Shown here: positions 9,669 through 19,361 of the stretch, in pieces
Numbering within the stretch: the stretch's first letter is position 1
Layout: every line of letters starts with the position of its first letter
NCBI GenBank assembly: GCA_944391965.1
Contig: CALXVH010000003.1
Span: forward strand, 22,551-86,550
From: an uncultured Clostridia bacterium
GTDB lineage: Bacteria > Bacillota > Clostridia > TANB77 > CAG-508
DNA: 64,000 nt
Direction of reading: 5' to 3'
The notes under the pieces: model-generated
What the model was told of the DNA's origin: nothing
Databases searched by the model: none
The model's input: only the letters and a program-made list of their open reading frames with translations
Made by a program: the position numbers and the translations under genes

Positions 9669-10685
9669 TTACTCTTTTATAATTGTTTTAATAACTTCTG
9701 CTCTTTTAGCATCTAAATCAATTCCTTCTAATTTTGTTCCTAAATATTTTTGTAAGTTCGCATCTTGTGTATATAACAATAATCTGTTTATTTTTAGATC
9801 TGTTAATTCATTAATAATTCCTAAATCTGTTCCTAATTTTAATGTTGATAATAAATCTTTGCATTCACTTTCTGAAATTTTTCTACAGTTTGTTAAAATT
9901 CCATAATCTCTATATAATCTGTCTTCTAAATTTAGTCTATTCTTTCCTAAATATTTTCTTGCAATCCTTTCTTGCTCTATTATTTTATCTGTTATTAATT
10001 TTAGCTTCTTAATAATTTCTTTTTCAGAAATTCCTAAAGTTTGTTTATTAGATATTTGATATAATGCACCTTCAGATTTGCTACCTTCTCCGTGAATTCC
10101 AGTTACATTCATACCAAAATTATTTATTATTTCTAATACCTTTCCAATATTACCAGTAATTTGTAAAGCAGGTAAATGAACCATTACAGATGCCTTCATG
10201 GCTGTTCCTGCTTCTATCGGACATGCTGTTAAAAAGCCATATTTTTCACTAAATGCAAATTTTAATTTTTCGTCTAGGTATTCATCTAATTCAATAACTA
10301 GATTTAGCAAATTGTCCAACTCTAGTCCTGCACCAAATACTTGTAAACTAATATGATTATCTGTATGTATCATTGCACATACACTTTCTTCATCATTTAT
10401 AAGTATGGCTTTTGCAGTGTCTTTACCTTTTACAAAGTCTGGACTTATTAGTCTTTTTTCTATTAAGCTATTAATAGTAACATCATCCATATCTTTTAGT
10501 TTTAAAAGTTTAATTCCATATTTATTACCAATAATAGCTTCTTCTATTAACTTAGTTATTTCTTCTTTTTTTGCTCCATTACATTTTGTTTCAAATGGAT
10601 AATTTGATATATTTCTTGCTAATCTTATTCTTGAACTTACTATTACATCAGAATCTTTTCCACTTTGTAAATACCAATTTAGCAT
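9669..10685 (-). CDS. mcsB: protein arginine kinase McsB
   Basis: It has guanidino-kinase motifs (CPIEAGTAMKASVMVHLPAL) and lies between mcsA and clpC. Confidence 0.9.
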   Translation of the reverse strand: MLNWYLQSGKDSDVIVSSRIRLARNISNYPFETKCNGAKKEEITKLIEEAIIGNKYGIKLLKLKDMDDVTINSLIEKRLISPDFVKGKDTAKAILINDEESVCAMIHTDNHISLQVFGAGLELDNLLNLVIELDEYLDEKLKFAFSEKYGFLTACPIEAGTAMKASVMVHLPALQITGNIGKVLEIINNFGMNVTGIHGEGSKSEGALYQISNKQTLGISEKEIIKKLKLITDKIIEQERIARKYLGKNRLNLEDRLYRDYGILTNCRKISESECKDLLSTLKLGTDLGIINELTDLKINRLLLYTQDANLQKYLGTKLEGIDLDAKRAEVIKTIIKE

Positions 10686-10742
10686 ATTCTTACCTCCTAA
10701 AGACCTAAATTTTACCCGATAAATAATTGGCTGTCACACCAA

Positions 10743-11315
10743 TTATTTATCACCATTCATTTTTTTAATTTCATCTCTTATTTTTGCTGCATCTTCATAT
10801 CTTTCTTCTTTTATTGCTTGTTTTAATTCTTCTTCTAAAGATTCTTTAGTCTTTTTATTTTCTTTCTTTACTTCTTTATTCTTTTCTAGTTCTTTCTTTT
10901 TAGCTTCCATATTTTTTACAATAGATTTATCCAAACTTTTTGCTTTTCTACCAACATGTCTGTTAGAACCTTGTATATTTCTTAATATAGGATCTAATCT
11001 ATCTGCAAATATATCATAGCAATCCATACAACCAAATAATCCTGAATTTGCAAATTCATTATATGTTGTACCACAAGTATTGCAACCTTCTTCTCTTAAA
11101 GCTCCGATTGTTGGAATAAAAGAATCCATATTATATTCATCAAAGAATCCGCCTAAAAAACTTGGTAAATTCATAGACATATTAAAATTAAGTTCTCTTC
11201 CTATTCCCAATTCTTTTGCACAATCTTCACATAAGTTCATTTCTTTTTTTACTCCATTAATAATTTGTGTATATTTTACATTTGCTTCTTTTCTACCACA
11301 ATTTTGACATTTCAT
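10743..11315 (-). CDS. mcsA: McsA, activator of the protein arginine kinase (UvrB/UvrC motif protein)
   Basis: It has N-terminal CxxC zinc motifs and a C-terminal UVR motif (YEDAAKIRDEIKK). The operon context supports the call. Confidence 0.85.
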   Translation of the reverse strand: MKCQNCGRKEANVKYTQIINGVKKEMNLCEDCAKELGIGRELNFNMSMNLPSFLGGFFDEYNMDSFIPTIGALREEGCNTCGTTYNEFANSGLFGCMDCYDIFADRLDPILRNIQGSNRHVGRKAKSLDKSIVKNMEAKKKELEKNKEVKKENKKTKESLEEELKQAIKEERYEDAAKIRDEIKKMNGDK

Positions 11316-11380
11316 AATAAAAACCTCCTTAAATTATTTATAATATCTAATTTTAGTTGGTGACTATTTACGTCTGCCAA

Positions 11381-11830
11381 TTAATCTTCTACTAAATTTA
11401 TTAACATGTTCTTAAATATTCTTGCTCGTAAATTATCTTTAATATCGATAGGTACATTAAGTACATTATCGCTTGTTGCCACTTTTAAAAGTTTAGCCTC
11501 TTTTTTAGTCACAATTTCATCGGATAATAAGTTACTTATGAAAATATCTACTTCTTTTGATGTTAATGTATCACCAATGCTTGTTATTATATGCATTAAA
11601 TAATTACTATGTGTAATATTTACCTTTTTAATTGTTATGTGACCGCCACCTCCTCTTCTGCTCTCTACATAATAACCCTGTGATGGTTTAAATCGTGTGG
11701 ATATTACGTAATTTATTTGTGAAGGCACACAATTAAAATGTTCTGCAAGTTCATTTCTTTGTATTTCTAATTCATCTTCTGTTTTTAACATATCTTTTAT
11801 AAAATCTTCTATTAAATCTGATATTCTCAT
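11381..11830 (-). CDS. ctsR: class III stress-gene repressor CtsR
   Basis: Trimmed to MRISDLIEDFIK (ATG 11830). The glycine loop RRGGGGHITI is present and this is the first gene of the ctsR-mcsAB-clpC operon. Confidence 0.9.
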   Translation of the reverse strand: MRISDLIEDFIKDMLKTEDELEIQRNELAEHFNCVPSQINYVISTRFKPSQGYYVESRRGGGGHITIKKVNITHSNYLMHIITSIGDTLTSKEVDIFISNLLSDEIVTKKEAKLLKVATSDNVLNVPIDIKDNLRARIFKNMLINLVED

Positions 11831-11888
11831 TTTTTCACTTCCTTTTGCTTTGACCTTTAGCATAAAAGTCAAAGTTATATTTTTGTTT

Positions 11889-11911
11889 TTTGACTTTGAC
11901 TTTCTTTGACC
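11889..11911 (-). promoter_or_regulatory. CtsR operator (direct heptad repeats)
   Basis: The minus strand reads GGTCAAAGAAAGTCAAAGTCAAA, just downstream of a TATAAT at 11923-11928. Further heptads lie at 11849-11855 and 11867-11873. Confidence 0.8.
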
Positions 11912-12051
11912 TTTACAAATATATTATACTCCCTTTTAATAAAAAAGCAAGTATTTTTTTGAAATTTTTTTATTTTTTCGAACAAAATTTCTTATCAACA
12001 TATTCTTTTTATGATACACTATCCTATATATATTTTATAGGAGGTATTTAA

Positions 12052-13257
12052 ATGGACTTAAAATTTAGTAGTGTTGCTGCTACCCCATCTAACCCTAATT
12101 GGAATAATTTAATTTCAAGAAAAGACGAGTTGTATAAAAAAACAAATGATGTTCGCTCTGAATTTGAAAGAGATTATGATAGAATTTTATATTGTAATGC
12201 TTATAGAAGGTTAAAGCATAAAACACAAGTATTCTTTTTACCCAAAAATGATCATATTTGTACACGTATAGAACATGTAAATAATGTTGATGCAACAAGT
12301 TATACTATTGCAAAAGCATTAGGATTAAATACGACATTAACAAGAGCTATTTCTATATCTCACGATATTGGTCATAGTCCTTTTGGTCATAAAGGAGAAC
12401 AAATTCTAAACCAAATATGTTTAGAACATAACTTAGAACCTTTTTGGCATGAAAGAAATGGTTTGAATTTTGTTGATAATATAGAATTGCTAACAAATGT
12501 TAATAACGAAGAAAAAAATCTAAACTTAACATATGCAGTAAGAGATGGTATTATATCTCACTGTGGCGAAATAGATGAAATATCTCTAAAACCTAGGACT
12601 GAATTAATCGATTTAGAAAAAGATTATATTAAACTTAACCAATATTCTCCATATACTTGGGAGGGTTGTGTTGTTAAAATTTCTGATAAAATCTCATATC
12701 TAGGTAGAGATATAGAAGATGCCATTTCTATGGGAATACTAGATAGTAATTTAAATGAATTATATGATTTAATAGAACAACCTAGAAGCGCCAATTTAAA
12801 TAATACAAATATTATTGGTGATTTAATAGCTGATTTATGTGCGAATTCATCTGTAGATGAAGGGTTAAAGTTCTCTGATTCTACTTTTGAGAAGATAAAA
12901 AGATTGAAAGCATTTAATTATAAAAATATATATAAGCATAAGTGCATGAAACCTTCAGAAAGATATTTTAGTCTTGTGCTAAATGAAATATTTAATACAT
13001 TAAATGAGTGTTATGATGGTATGAATACTCTAGAGAAATTAAATAGTGAAAAACCTTTTTATACTAAAGTGATAGGTACTTTTATAAAGTGGATTTTTTG
13101 CTATTGGAATATAGAAACAGATAGAACTCATTTAAAAAATAAAATTTTATATGATATGAATAATATTAAAGATTATCAAACAGCTATTATTACATATATA
13201 TCTGGTATGACAGATAGTTATGCAATAGAAACATATAATGACATTGTAAAATATTAA
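12052..13257 (+). CDS. dGTPase-like HD-domain triphosphohydrolase
   Basis: It has the motifs YRRLKHKTQVF, HDIGHSPFGH and the C-terminal GMTDSYA. Confidence 0.8.
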   Translation: MDLKFSSVAATPSNPNWNNLISRKDELYKKTNDVRSEFERDYDRILYCNAYRRLKHKTQVFFLPKNDHICTRIEHVNNVDATSYTIAKALGLNTTLTRAISISHDIGHSPFGHKGEQILNQICLEHNLEPFWHERNGLNFVDNIELLTNVNNEEKNLNLTYAVRDGIISHCGEIDEISLKPRTELIDLEKDYIKLNQYSPYTWEGCVVKISDKISYLGRDIEDAISMGILDSNLNELYDLIEQPRSANLNNTNIIGDLIADLCANSSVDEGLKFSDSTFEKIKRLKAFNYKNIYKHKCMKPSERYFSLVLNEIFNTLNECYDGMNTLEKLNSEKPFYTKVIGTFIKWIFCYWNIETDRTHLKNKILYDMNNIKDYQTAIITYISGMTDSYAIETYNDIVKY

Positions 13258-13267
13258 TCATATATAA

Positions 13268-13297
13268 TAGGACATTTCTTAAAATGTTCTATTTTTA
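13268..13297 (+). terminator. terminator after the dGTPase-like gene
   Basis: TAGGACATTT / AAATGTTCTA stem followed by a T-run. Confidence 0.6.
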
Positions 13298-13389
13298 TGT
13301 AAATTATGATATAATATAATTGTTACACATAAATATTCAGCAAAATTAAAAGCTGAAACACTAAAGAAAAAAAGAAAAGGAGAATGTGT

Positions 13390-14028
13390 ATGGCAGTTTT
13401 ATTATTAGTAGTAATGTTGATTCTCAATTTCGTGATCTCTTGGTCTAATGCTCGGTATGTGGGCTATTATTGGACCGAATCAAAAGAAATTGGCGGTAGC
13501 TTCAGACGATATGTAGTCGCCGGCTATGTGATGGCAATAGCAGGATTTACTATGGTATATGCTTATCTTTTGCTTATCATAAGTCCTGTATTCTTGCAGA
13601 TGGCAGACATAGACCCTGAAGTAATTTTACAGATTGAACAGCTTTCAGCAGACTTAATTTATCTGTTTACAGTTGTTACAATTGTTCCCACAGGTTTTTA
13701 TATTTGGATTAGATCGTTAAAAACCGCCTGGGAAGAAAGAACTCTGTCATCCATTTTGACGGGAGGTTGGAACACTTATGCCCAGCTACATAATACAATA
13801 AGTGTAGCTCGGAATGCTCCAAGTGCCCTTGGTAGAGTTGCAAAAGCGCTCTTTGGTGGAAAAGGTAAGAAAAAGGATAATACGATTGTAATACTGGTTG
13901 CAATCTTTATTCTTATAGTTGCCATTTTCGGGGGTTATTTTACAGCCTCTGCCATAATGAAAAAAGCAGACAGAGAATACGATATGTTCGCAGATCTGCA
14001 AAGAAAACATCCAGAAATCGAACAATAG
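13390..14028 (+). CDS. hypothetical polytopic membrane protein (island 2)
   Basis: ORF 13384 trimmed to the second ATG, which is 7 nt from GGAGA. It has 4-5 hydrophobic segments. A 60-nt hand count gives about 45% GC. Confidence 0.65.
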   Translation: MAVLLLVVMLILNFVISWSNARYVGYYWTESKEIGGSFRRYVVAGYVMAIAGFTMVYAYLLLIISPVFLQMADIDPEVILQIEQLSADLIYLFTVVTIVPTGFYIWIRSLKTAWEERTLSSILTGGWNTYAQLHNTISVARNAPSALGRVAKALFGGKGKKKDNTIVILVAIFILIVAIFGGYFTASAIMKKADREYDMFADLQRKHPEIEQ

Positions 14029-14041
14029 CATACACAAAAAA

Positions 14042-14079
14042 CTTGGCGGTAGAAAAAACATCTACTGCCAAGTTTTTTT
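14042..14079. terminator. bidirectional terminator between convergent genes
   Basis: CTTGGCGGTAG / CTACTGCCAAG stem flanked by A6 and T7. Confidence 0.8.
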
Positions 14080-15577
14080 AATCTAATAAACTATTTAAGT
14101 ATTCAATATATGTTCTTTGTATTCTAGAATCATTGCAAACTATGTATATTTTATCTATATCAGGATTTCTAAAGAAGTTATTTATTATACCATCAATTGC
14201 AATTTTAACTGCAACATCTACTGGCGCACTACAAGCACCAATTCCAAGTGTAGGAATTGCAATACTTTTAATGTCATAATCTGCAGAAATCCTAAAAATA
14301 TTTTTATAACACTCTTCTAACAATTCATTTTGATTTGTTTCACTTTCATCATACCACTTTGGTACAACTGTATGAATAATATATTTTGTATCAATTCTAT
14401 AAGCTCTTGTTACTTTAGCTTGACCTTTACTTAATTCGTCAAACTCTTTACATTTATTTTCTAACTCTATACCCGCTCTAGAAAATATTGTGCCTTCTCC
14501 CCCTCTTCCTAAATTACCAGATGTATTGGCGCAAACTAACGCATCTGCTGGAACTTCAGTTATTTCATCATTTACAATTTCTATTCTTCTTAATATATCA
14601 TTTTTATTCACAGTATTATTATTAATTTCTTTTCCATTTAATTTATATAATACTTCATCAAATTTTTCACAAAGATCTATAAGTTCAGAATATTTGCGTA
14701 GATCAATCTTCCAATCTGAATTAATACTTTTTATACCATAAATAATTCCAGCTAAGCCTCCTGTACAAGCTGCAATTGTATCTGTATCACTACCTAAATT
14801 AATTGCTCCAATTATTGCTTGATTATATGTATCTGTATTTATAAGTACCCATAAAACAGCTTCTAAAGTATCTGCTATATAACTTGATGACTTTATTTCG
14901 TCTATACCATAATGGTAAATTTCATGATCTAAAATTCTAGTATATGCTCTTATTGTTGGCATAGAAAACATCGAATAATCTAAATTTTGAATTTTAGAAT
15001 ATGCTGCTTTTCTGTTATTAGTATTTAATAATTCAATAGCATAATTAACATACATATAACATCCCATAATTACTAGCTCATTTGCATGTGTAATTGATGA
15101 TAGCCCTGCAACTAATTTTAAAATTTTGTCTTGCTCTAACCAGTTTAAATATGAATAATACACAATTGGCAACATTCTCATTAATGAACCATTACCATTA
15201 TCTGTATTACTTGTACAACCACAATTAACAGCACTTCTTCTTGTTGTTTTATATTTACCTAGTGCCCTTAAAGTAGTCCTATCTATATCAACAATTTTTC
15301 CACCAGGTGTATATTCTCCTTTTTCCATCCACTCTAAAAATCTATTTGCCATATCATTTGCTATAATATCTCCATTAGAGTTAATTATTGAATCCATTGT
15401 GGCTATTGTCATAGATGTATCATCTGACCAAGTCCCCTTTGGAACATTATGGCTCATAAAGCCTTCCATCGAAGTTATAGGATTTCTCATTAGTTTTTCC
15501 CTATTGGTAAATTCTACTGGAACTCCCATTGCATCCCCTATTGCAAAACCTATTATTCCATCTTTTGAACTTATCAT
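14078..15577 (-). CDS. ADP-ribosylglycohydrolase (N-terminal) fused to a macro domain (C-terminal)
   Basis: ARH motifs are GDAMGVPVEF and GSDTDTIAACTGG. Macro motifs are ADALVCANTSGNLGRGGEG, HTVVP and SIAIPTLGIG. Confidence 0.8.
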   Translation of the reverse strand: MISSKDGIIGFAIGDAMGVPVEFTNREKLMRNPITSMEGFMSHNVPKGTWSDDTSMTIATMDSIINSNGDIIANDMANRFLEWMEKGEYTPGGKIVDIDRTTLRALGKYKTTRRSAVNCGCTSNTDNGNGSLMRMLPIVYYSYLNWLEQDKILKLVAGLSSITHANELVIMGCYMYVNYAIELLNTNNRKAAYSKIQNLDYSMFSMPTIRAYTRILDHEIYHYGIDEIKSSSYIADTLEAVLWVLINTDTYNQAIIGAINLGSDTDTIAACTGGLAGIIYGIKSINSDWKIDLRKYSELIDLCEKFDEVLYKLNGKEINNNTVNKNDILRRIEIVNDEITEVPADALVCANTSGNLGRGGEGTIFSRAGIELENKCKEFDELSKGQAKVTRAYRIDTKYIIHTVVPKWYDESETNQNELLEECYKNIFRISADYDIKSIAIPTLGIGACSAPVDVAVKIAIDGIINNFFRNPDIDKIYIVCNDSRIQRTYIEYLNSLLD

Positions 15578-15593
15578 TTTCGTATCTCCTGTC

Positions 15594-16118
15594 TTATCTA
15601 TTGTATTTTAATTGTTTTCTTATCTCTTTATAATTTGGCATATATTTTTCTACTAAGTTCCAAAATTTATCTGAATGATTCATATATTTTAAATGGCATA
15701 ACTCATGTAATACAACATATTTTATTTCCTCTTCTGATTTATCAACAAGCTTCAAATTTATTGTTATATTCTTATTACTTGAGCAACTTCCCCAAGCATA
15801 TTTTATATTTCTAATTCTTATCTTATTTGGAACTAAATTTGTTTGTTTTATTAATTCTGGAAAAATATATTCTAATTTAGTTTTTAAATTTTCTATATCT
15901 GTTTTAGTATATTCTCTTTCCTCTGGCTTATTTTTACTTTCTTCTAACTTTTTTAATATCCAATTTCTTTTTTGTTCTACAATTTTATCTATGTATTTTT
16001 TAGTAATAAACCTAGGTGCTTTTACTATTACCTCACCATTTTTTATATGAATATATAAATTATTTACTTTTCCATACTCTATATGATATTTAATCTTTTC
16101 ATAATTAATAGCATTCAT
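15594..16118 (-). CDS. YgjP-like (DUF45) zinc metallopeptidase
   Basis: It has HELCHLKYMNH (HExxH) and the size expected for the family. Confidence 0.75.
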   Translation of the reverse strand: MNAINYEKIKYHIEYGKVNNLYIHIKNGEVIVKAPRFITKKYIDKIVEQKRNWILKKLEESKNKPEEREYTKTDIENLKTKLEYIFPELIKQTNLVPNKIRIRNIKYAWGSCSSNKNITINLKLVDKSEEEIKYVVLHELCHLKYMNHSDKFWNLVEKYMPNYKEIRKQLKYNR

Positions 16119-16659
16119 CTAAATTTATAGTTTTAAACTCGTGTCCTTCTAAATCTTTAATTATAAATTCTTTATTTTCGTATATCATATAGGTATTAGG
16201 ATTTCCCTCTCTTGGATCAGATATAGAACCCGGATTTAAATACATATATTCTTTTGTATTTTCTATACATGGTACATGTGTATGTCCATGTATTAAAATC
16301 ACCTTTTTATCTGAAGGTGGTAAATGATATTTATTATATAAGTGACCATGTGTTATAAAAAAATCATAACCATCAACATTTAATTTTTTATAATCACTCA
16401 TTATTGGAAAATATAATAATGCTTGGTCTAAATCTGTATCACAATTTCCTCTTACTGCAATTATATAATCCATTAAATCATTCAGAATTCCAGCTATTTT
16501 CTGTCTTTCGTTATTTCTTCCAAATGATAAAAGCGATTTATTATATAGTAAATCTCCTAACAATATTAATTTTTCTGGTTGCTCTTTATTATATACCTCT
16601 TTAAGTTTATTACAAAAATATGCATTTCCATGTATATCTGATGCAAACATTAATTTCAT
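16105..16659 (-). CDS. YfcE/MJ0936-family metallophosphoesterase
   Basis: Motifs DIHGN, GDLL, GNCD, HGH and GHTH are present. It overlaps the next gene by 14 nt. Confidence 0.8.
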   Translation of the reverse strand: MKLMFASDIHGNAYFCNKLKEVYNKEQPEKLILLGDLLYNKSLLSFGRNNERQKIAGILNDLMDYIIAVRGNCDTDLDQALLYFPIMSDYKKLNVDGYDFFITHGHLYNKYHLPPSDKKVILIHGHTHVPCIENTKEYMYLNPGSISDPREGNPNTYMIYENKEFIIKDLEGHEFKTINLDECY

Positions 16660-16733
16660 AATATTTCTCCTTTATTTTACTTAGTATTGCAAATAACTAC
16701 GCTATTTTTTAACTTTTACCCCGTCCCTAAAGT

Positions 16734-17486
16734 TCATTTATCTTTACGGTAATTTACAAAATATGAAACATTGCTTACTAAATTATGTGGAGTTATTTTC
16801 TCGAAAAATCTAGTTATTTTCATAAAAGTACCTGGAACAATTGTAAATTTATTTTTTAGCATTTTCTTTACTGCATATTTTGCAACATATTCACTACTTA
16901 ATGATGGTGCTGCAAAATCTACTCCTGCTACTTTATTAAAATTTGTCCTTACAGGTCCTGGACATAATACAGAAATTTTAACATTTGAATTATTCTTTTT
17001 TAATTCTGTTTTTACTCCTTGTGATAATCTATATACATAAGCTTTTGAAGCATAATATGCACTCATTAATGGACCTGGGCCAAATGCCGCCATAGAAGCA
17101 ACATTTAAGATATATCCACTATTTTTCTTTATCATATCTTTTAAAAATAATTTCATTAAAATATGAACGGCAGTTATATTTGTTTCTATCATTTGTATTT
17201 CTTTATCTAAATCTGTATCAAAAAATTTTCCGTGAACACCAAAACCTGCATTATTTATTAAGATATCTATATCTTCATTTTTGGTTTCTTCATATAGTTT
17301 TTTACAATTTTCTTTATTAGATAAATCTATAATTATTATTCTGGTATTTGTTTTTATCTTTGAGGCAACATTTTTTAGTTTTTCTTCATTTCTTGCTACA
17401 AGAATTATATCATATCCTCTTTTGGCTAATTCTTTAGCTATTTCCTCTCCTATTCCTGATGATGCACCTGTAACTAAAGCTTTCAT
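16734..17486 (-). CDS. short-chain dehydrogenase/reductase (SDR)
   Basis: Trimmed to MKALVTGASSGIG (RBS AGGAGG). It has the NNAG motif and the YxxxK motif (YYASK). Confidence 0.85.
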   Translation of the reverse strand: MKALVTGASSGIGEEIAKELAKRGYDIILVARNEEKLKNVASKIKTNTRIIIIDLSNKENCKKLYEETKNEDIDILINNAGFGVHGKFFDTDLDKEIQMIETNITAVHILMKLFLKDMIKKNSGYILNVASMAAFGPGPLMSAYYASKAYVYRLSQGVKTELKKNNSNVKISVLCPGPVRTNFNKVAGVDFAAPSLSSEYVAKYAVKKMLKNKFTIVPGTFMKITRFFEKITPHNLVSNVSYFVNYRKDK

Positions 17487-17639
17487 CTTTTTCCTCCTAA
17501 ATCTATAGTACATTTTATATTATATACTACAAAATGTCCACTTATATATGTATATTTTTTATATGAAATAACTACATATTTTTATTGTTTTAATGATATA
17601 ATAATTTTGACTTTACAAGTTACGAAAGGATTTAATTTT

Positions 17640-19358
17640 ATGAAGACATTATTAAAATATTTAAGAAAATATAAAATAAATTTAATAGTTGGACCAATCT
17701 TAAAATTGTTAGAAGCAATAATAGAAGTACTATTGCCAATTATTATTGCCTTTTTTATAGATAATTATAATATATTTTCTACTACAGAGCTTATATACTA
17801 CTCTGTTGGATTAATTATACTTGTATTATTAGGGCTTATTTTTGCTTGTAGTGCACAATACATAGCTGCAATTACTTCGCAAGGATATAGCAAAACTTTG
17901 CGTGAAAAATTATTTGCTCATATTCAAAAAGTTCCTTCTAATAAATTAAATAGTATGGGTAGTTCTGCCATAGTTAATCGAATTATTAATGATGTTACTA
18001 ATTTAGAAACAGGAATTGCTATGTTCATAAGATTAGTAATAAGAGTTCCTTTTATTTTTATTGGCTCAATTATTATGATCTCATTAATAAACATACAAAT
18101 TGCAATAAATGTTCTTGTAGCAAGTATTATACTATTTCTAGTAATTTTACTAATTGCAAAATCTGCTAGTAAGATCTATCAAAAAGCTAATTTACAGTTA
18201 GACAAGCTAACATTAAGAATAAAAGAAAACTTAACTAATATTAAATTAATTCGTAGTTTTGTAACACAAAATACAGAAAAAACAAAATTTGATAAAGTAA
18301 ATAATCTAACATATATCTATAGTAAACTTGCAACTATTTTATCTTTTCTACTAAATCCTGTTTCTATATTTATTTTAAACTTTACTACACTAATAGTATT
18401 AAATATTAGCAATGTCGAATTTGGATTTGGGAATTTATCTAAAGGTGAAATTATTGCAATAATAAATTACATTTCAGAGATGCTATTAGCTGTTGTTGTA
18501 CTTTCAAACTTAGTTGCAATTTACACCAAAGCTTTCGCTTCTTTAAAGCGTATAATAGAATTATTTGATCTAAAAGAAAATAAACAAACTGGTAACCTTA
18601 AAGAATTTAAACCTAGTAACTTTGTTTTTGATATATCCAATGTAAACTTTTCATACTTTTCTACTGCCAATTTAAAAGATATTTCTTTGCTAGTAAAGCC
18701 AGGAGAAAGTATTGGTATTATTGGTCTTACAGGTTCAGGGAAAAGCACTTTTTTAAGACTTCTAAACAATACTTTAAATATTTCTTCTGGTAGCTTAAAA
18801 CTATATGGTGAAGATATAAATAAATATGATCCAAGCTTTTTAAAATCTAATATAACATATATTGGTCAAAAGCCTGATTTTATTACAGCTACAATTTTTG
18901 AAAACATCTCTTTAGGTAGAGATACTTCTAAAGAAGAAATCCAAAAAAGCTTGGAACTTTCTAATGCAAGTGAATTTGTAAATCAAAAAGAAAACTCCTT
19001 AAACTTTGTTTTACAAAATAATGCATCTAATTTATCTGGTGGTCAAAAACAACGTATAAACATCGCAAGAGGTTTTATTGGTAGTCCTAAAGTGTTAATT
19101 TTTGATGATGTTACAAGTGCATTAGATTTATACACAGAATCAAAAGTATTACAAAATATTTTTAAGTATTCTAAAGAACATAATATTACAACATTTATAG
19201 CTTCCCAAAAAACATCTACAATCAAAAACTGTTCTAAAATTTTAGTTTTTAATAACGGAAAAATTGAAAATATCGGTACACATACCGAGCTGTTAAAAAA
19301 TTCTGAATTGTATAGAAAAATATATGAACTTCAAAATAGCATAAGCAAAGGAGCATAA
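17640..19358 (+). CDS. ABC exporter, fused permease/ATPase subunit 1
   Basis: It has six TM helices, Walker A GLTGSGKST and the signature LSGGQKQR. Confidence 0.85.
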   Translation: MKTLLKYLRKYKINLIVGPILKLLEAIIEVLLPIIIAFFIDNYNIFSTTELIYYSVGLIILVLLGLIFACSAQYIAAITSQGYSKTLREKLFAHIQKVPSNKLNSMGSSAIVNRIINDVTNLETGIAMFIRLVIRVPFIFIGSIIMISLINIQIAINVLVASIILFLVILLIAKSASKIYQKANLQLDKLTLRIKENLTNIKLIRSFVTQNTEKTKFDKVNNLTYIYSKLATILSFLLNPVSIFILNFTTLIVLNISNVEFGFGNLSKGEIIAIINYISEMLLAVVVLSNLVAIYTKAFASLKRIIELFDLKENKQTGNLKEFKPSNFVFDISNVNFSYFSTANLKDISLLVKPGESIGIIGLTGSGKSTFLRLLNNTLNISSGSLKLYGEDINKYDPSFLKSNITYIGQKPDFITATIFENISLGRDTSKEEIQKSLELSNASEFVNQKENSLNFVLQNNASNLSGGQKQRINIARGFIGSPKVLIFDDVTSALDLYTESKVLQNIFKYSKEHNITTFIASQKTSTIKNCSKILVFNNGKIENIGTHTELLKNSELYRKIYELQNSISKGA

Positions 19359-19361
19359 CAC

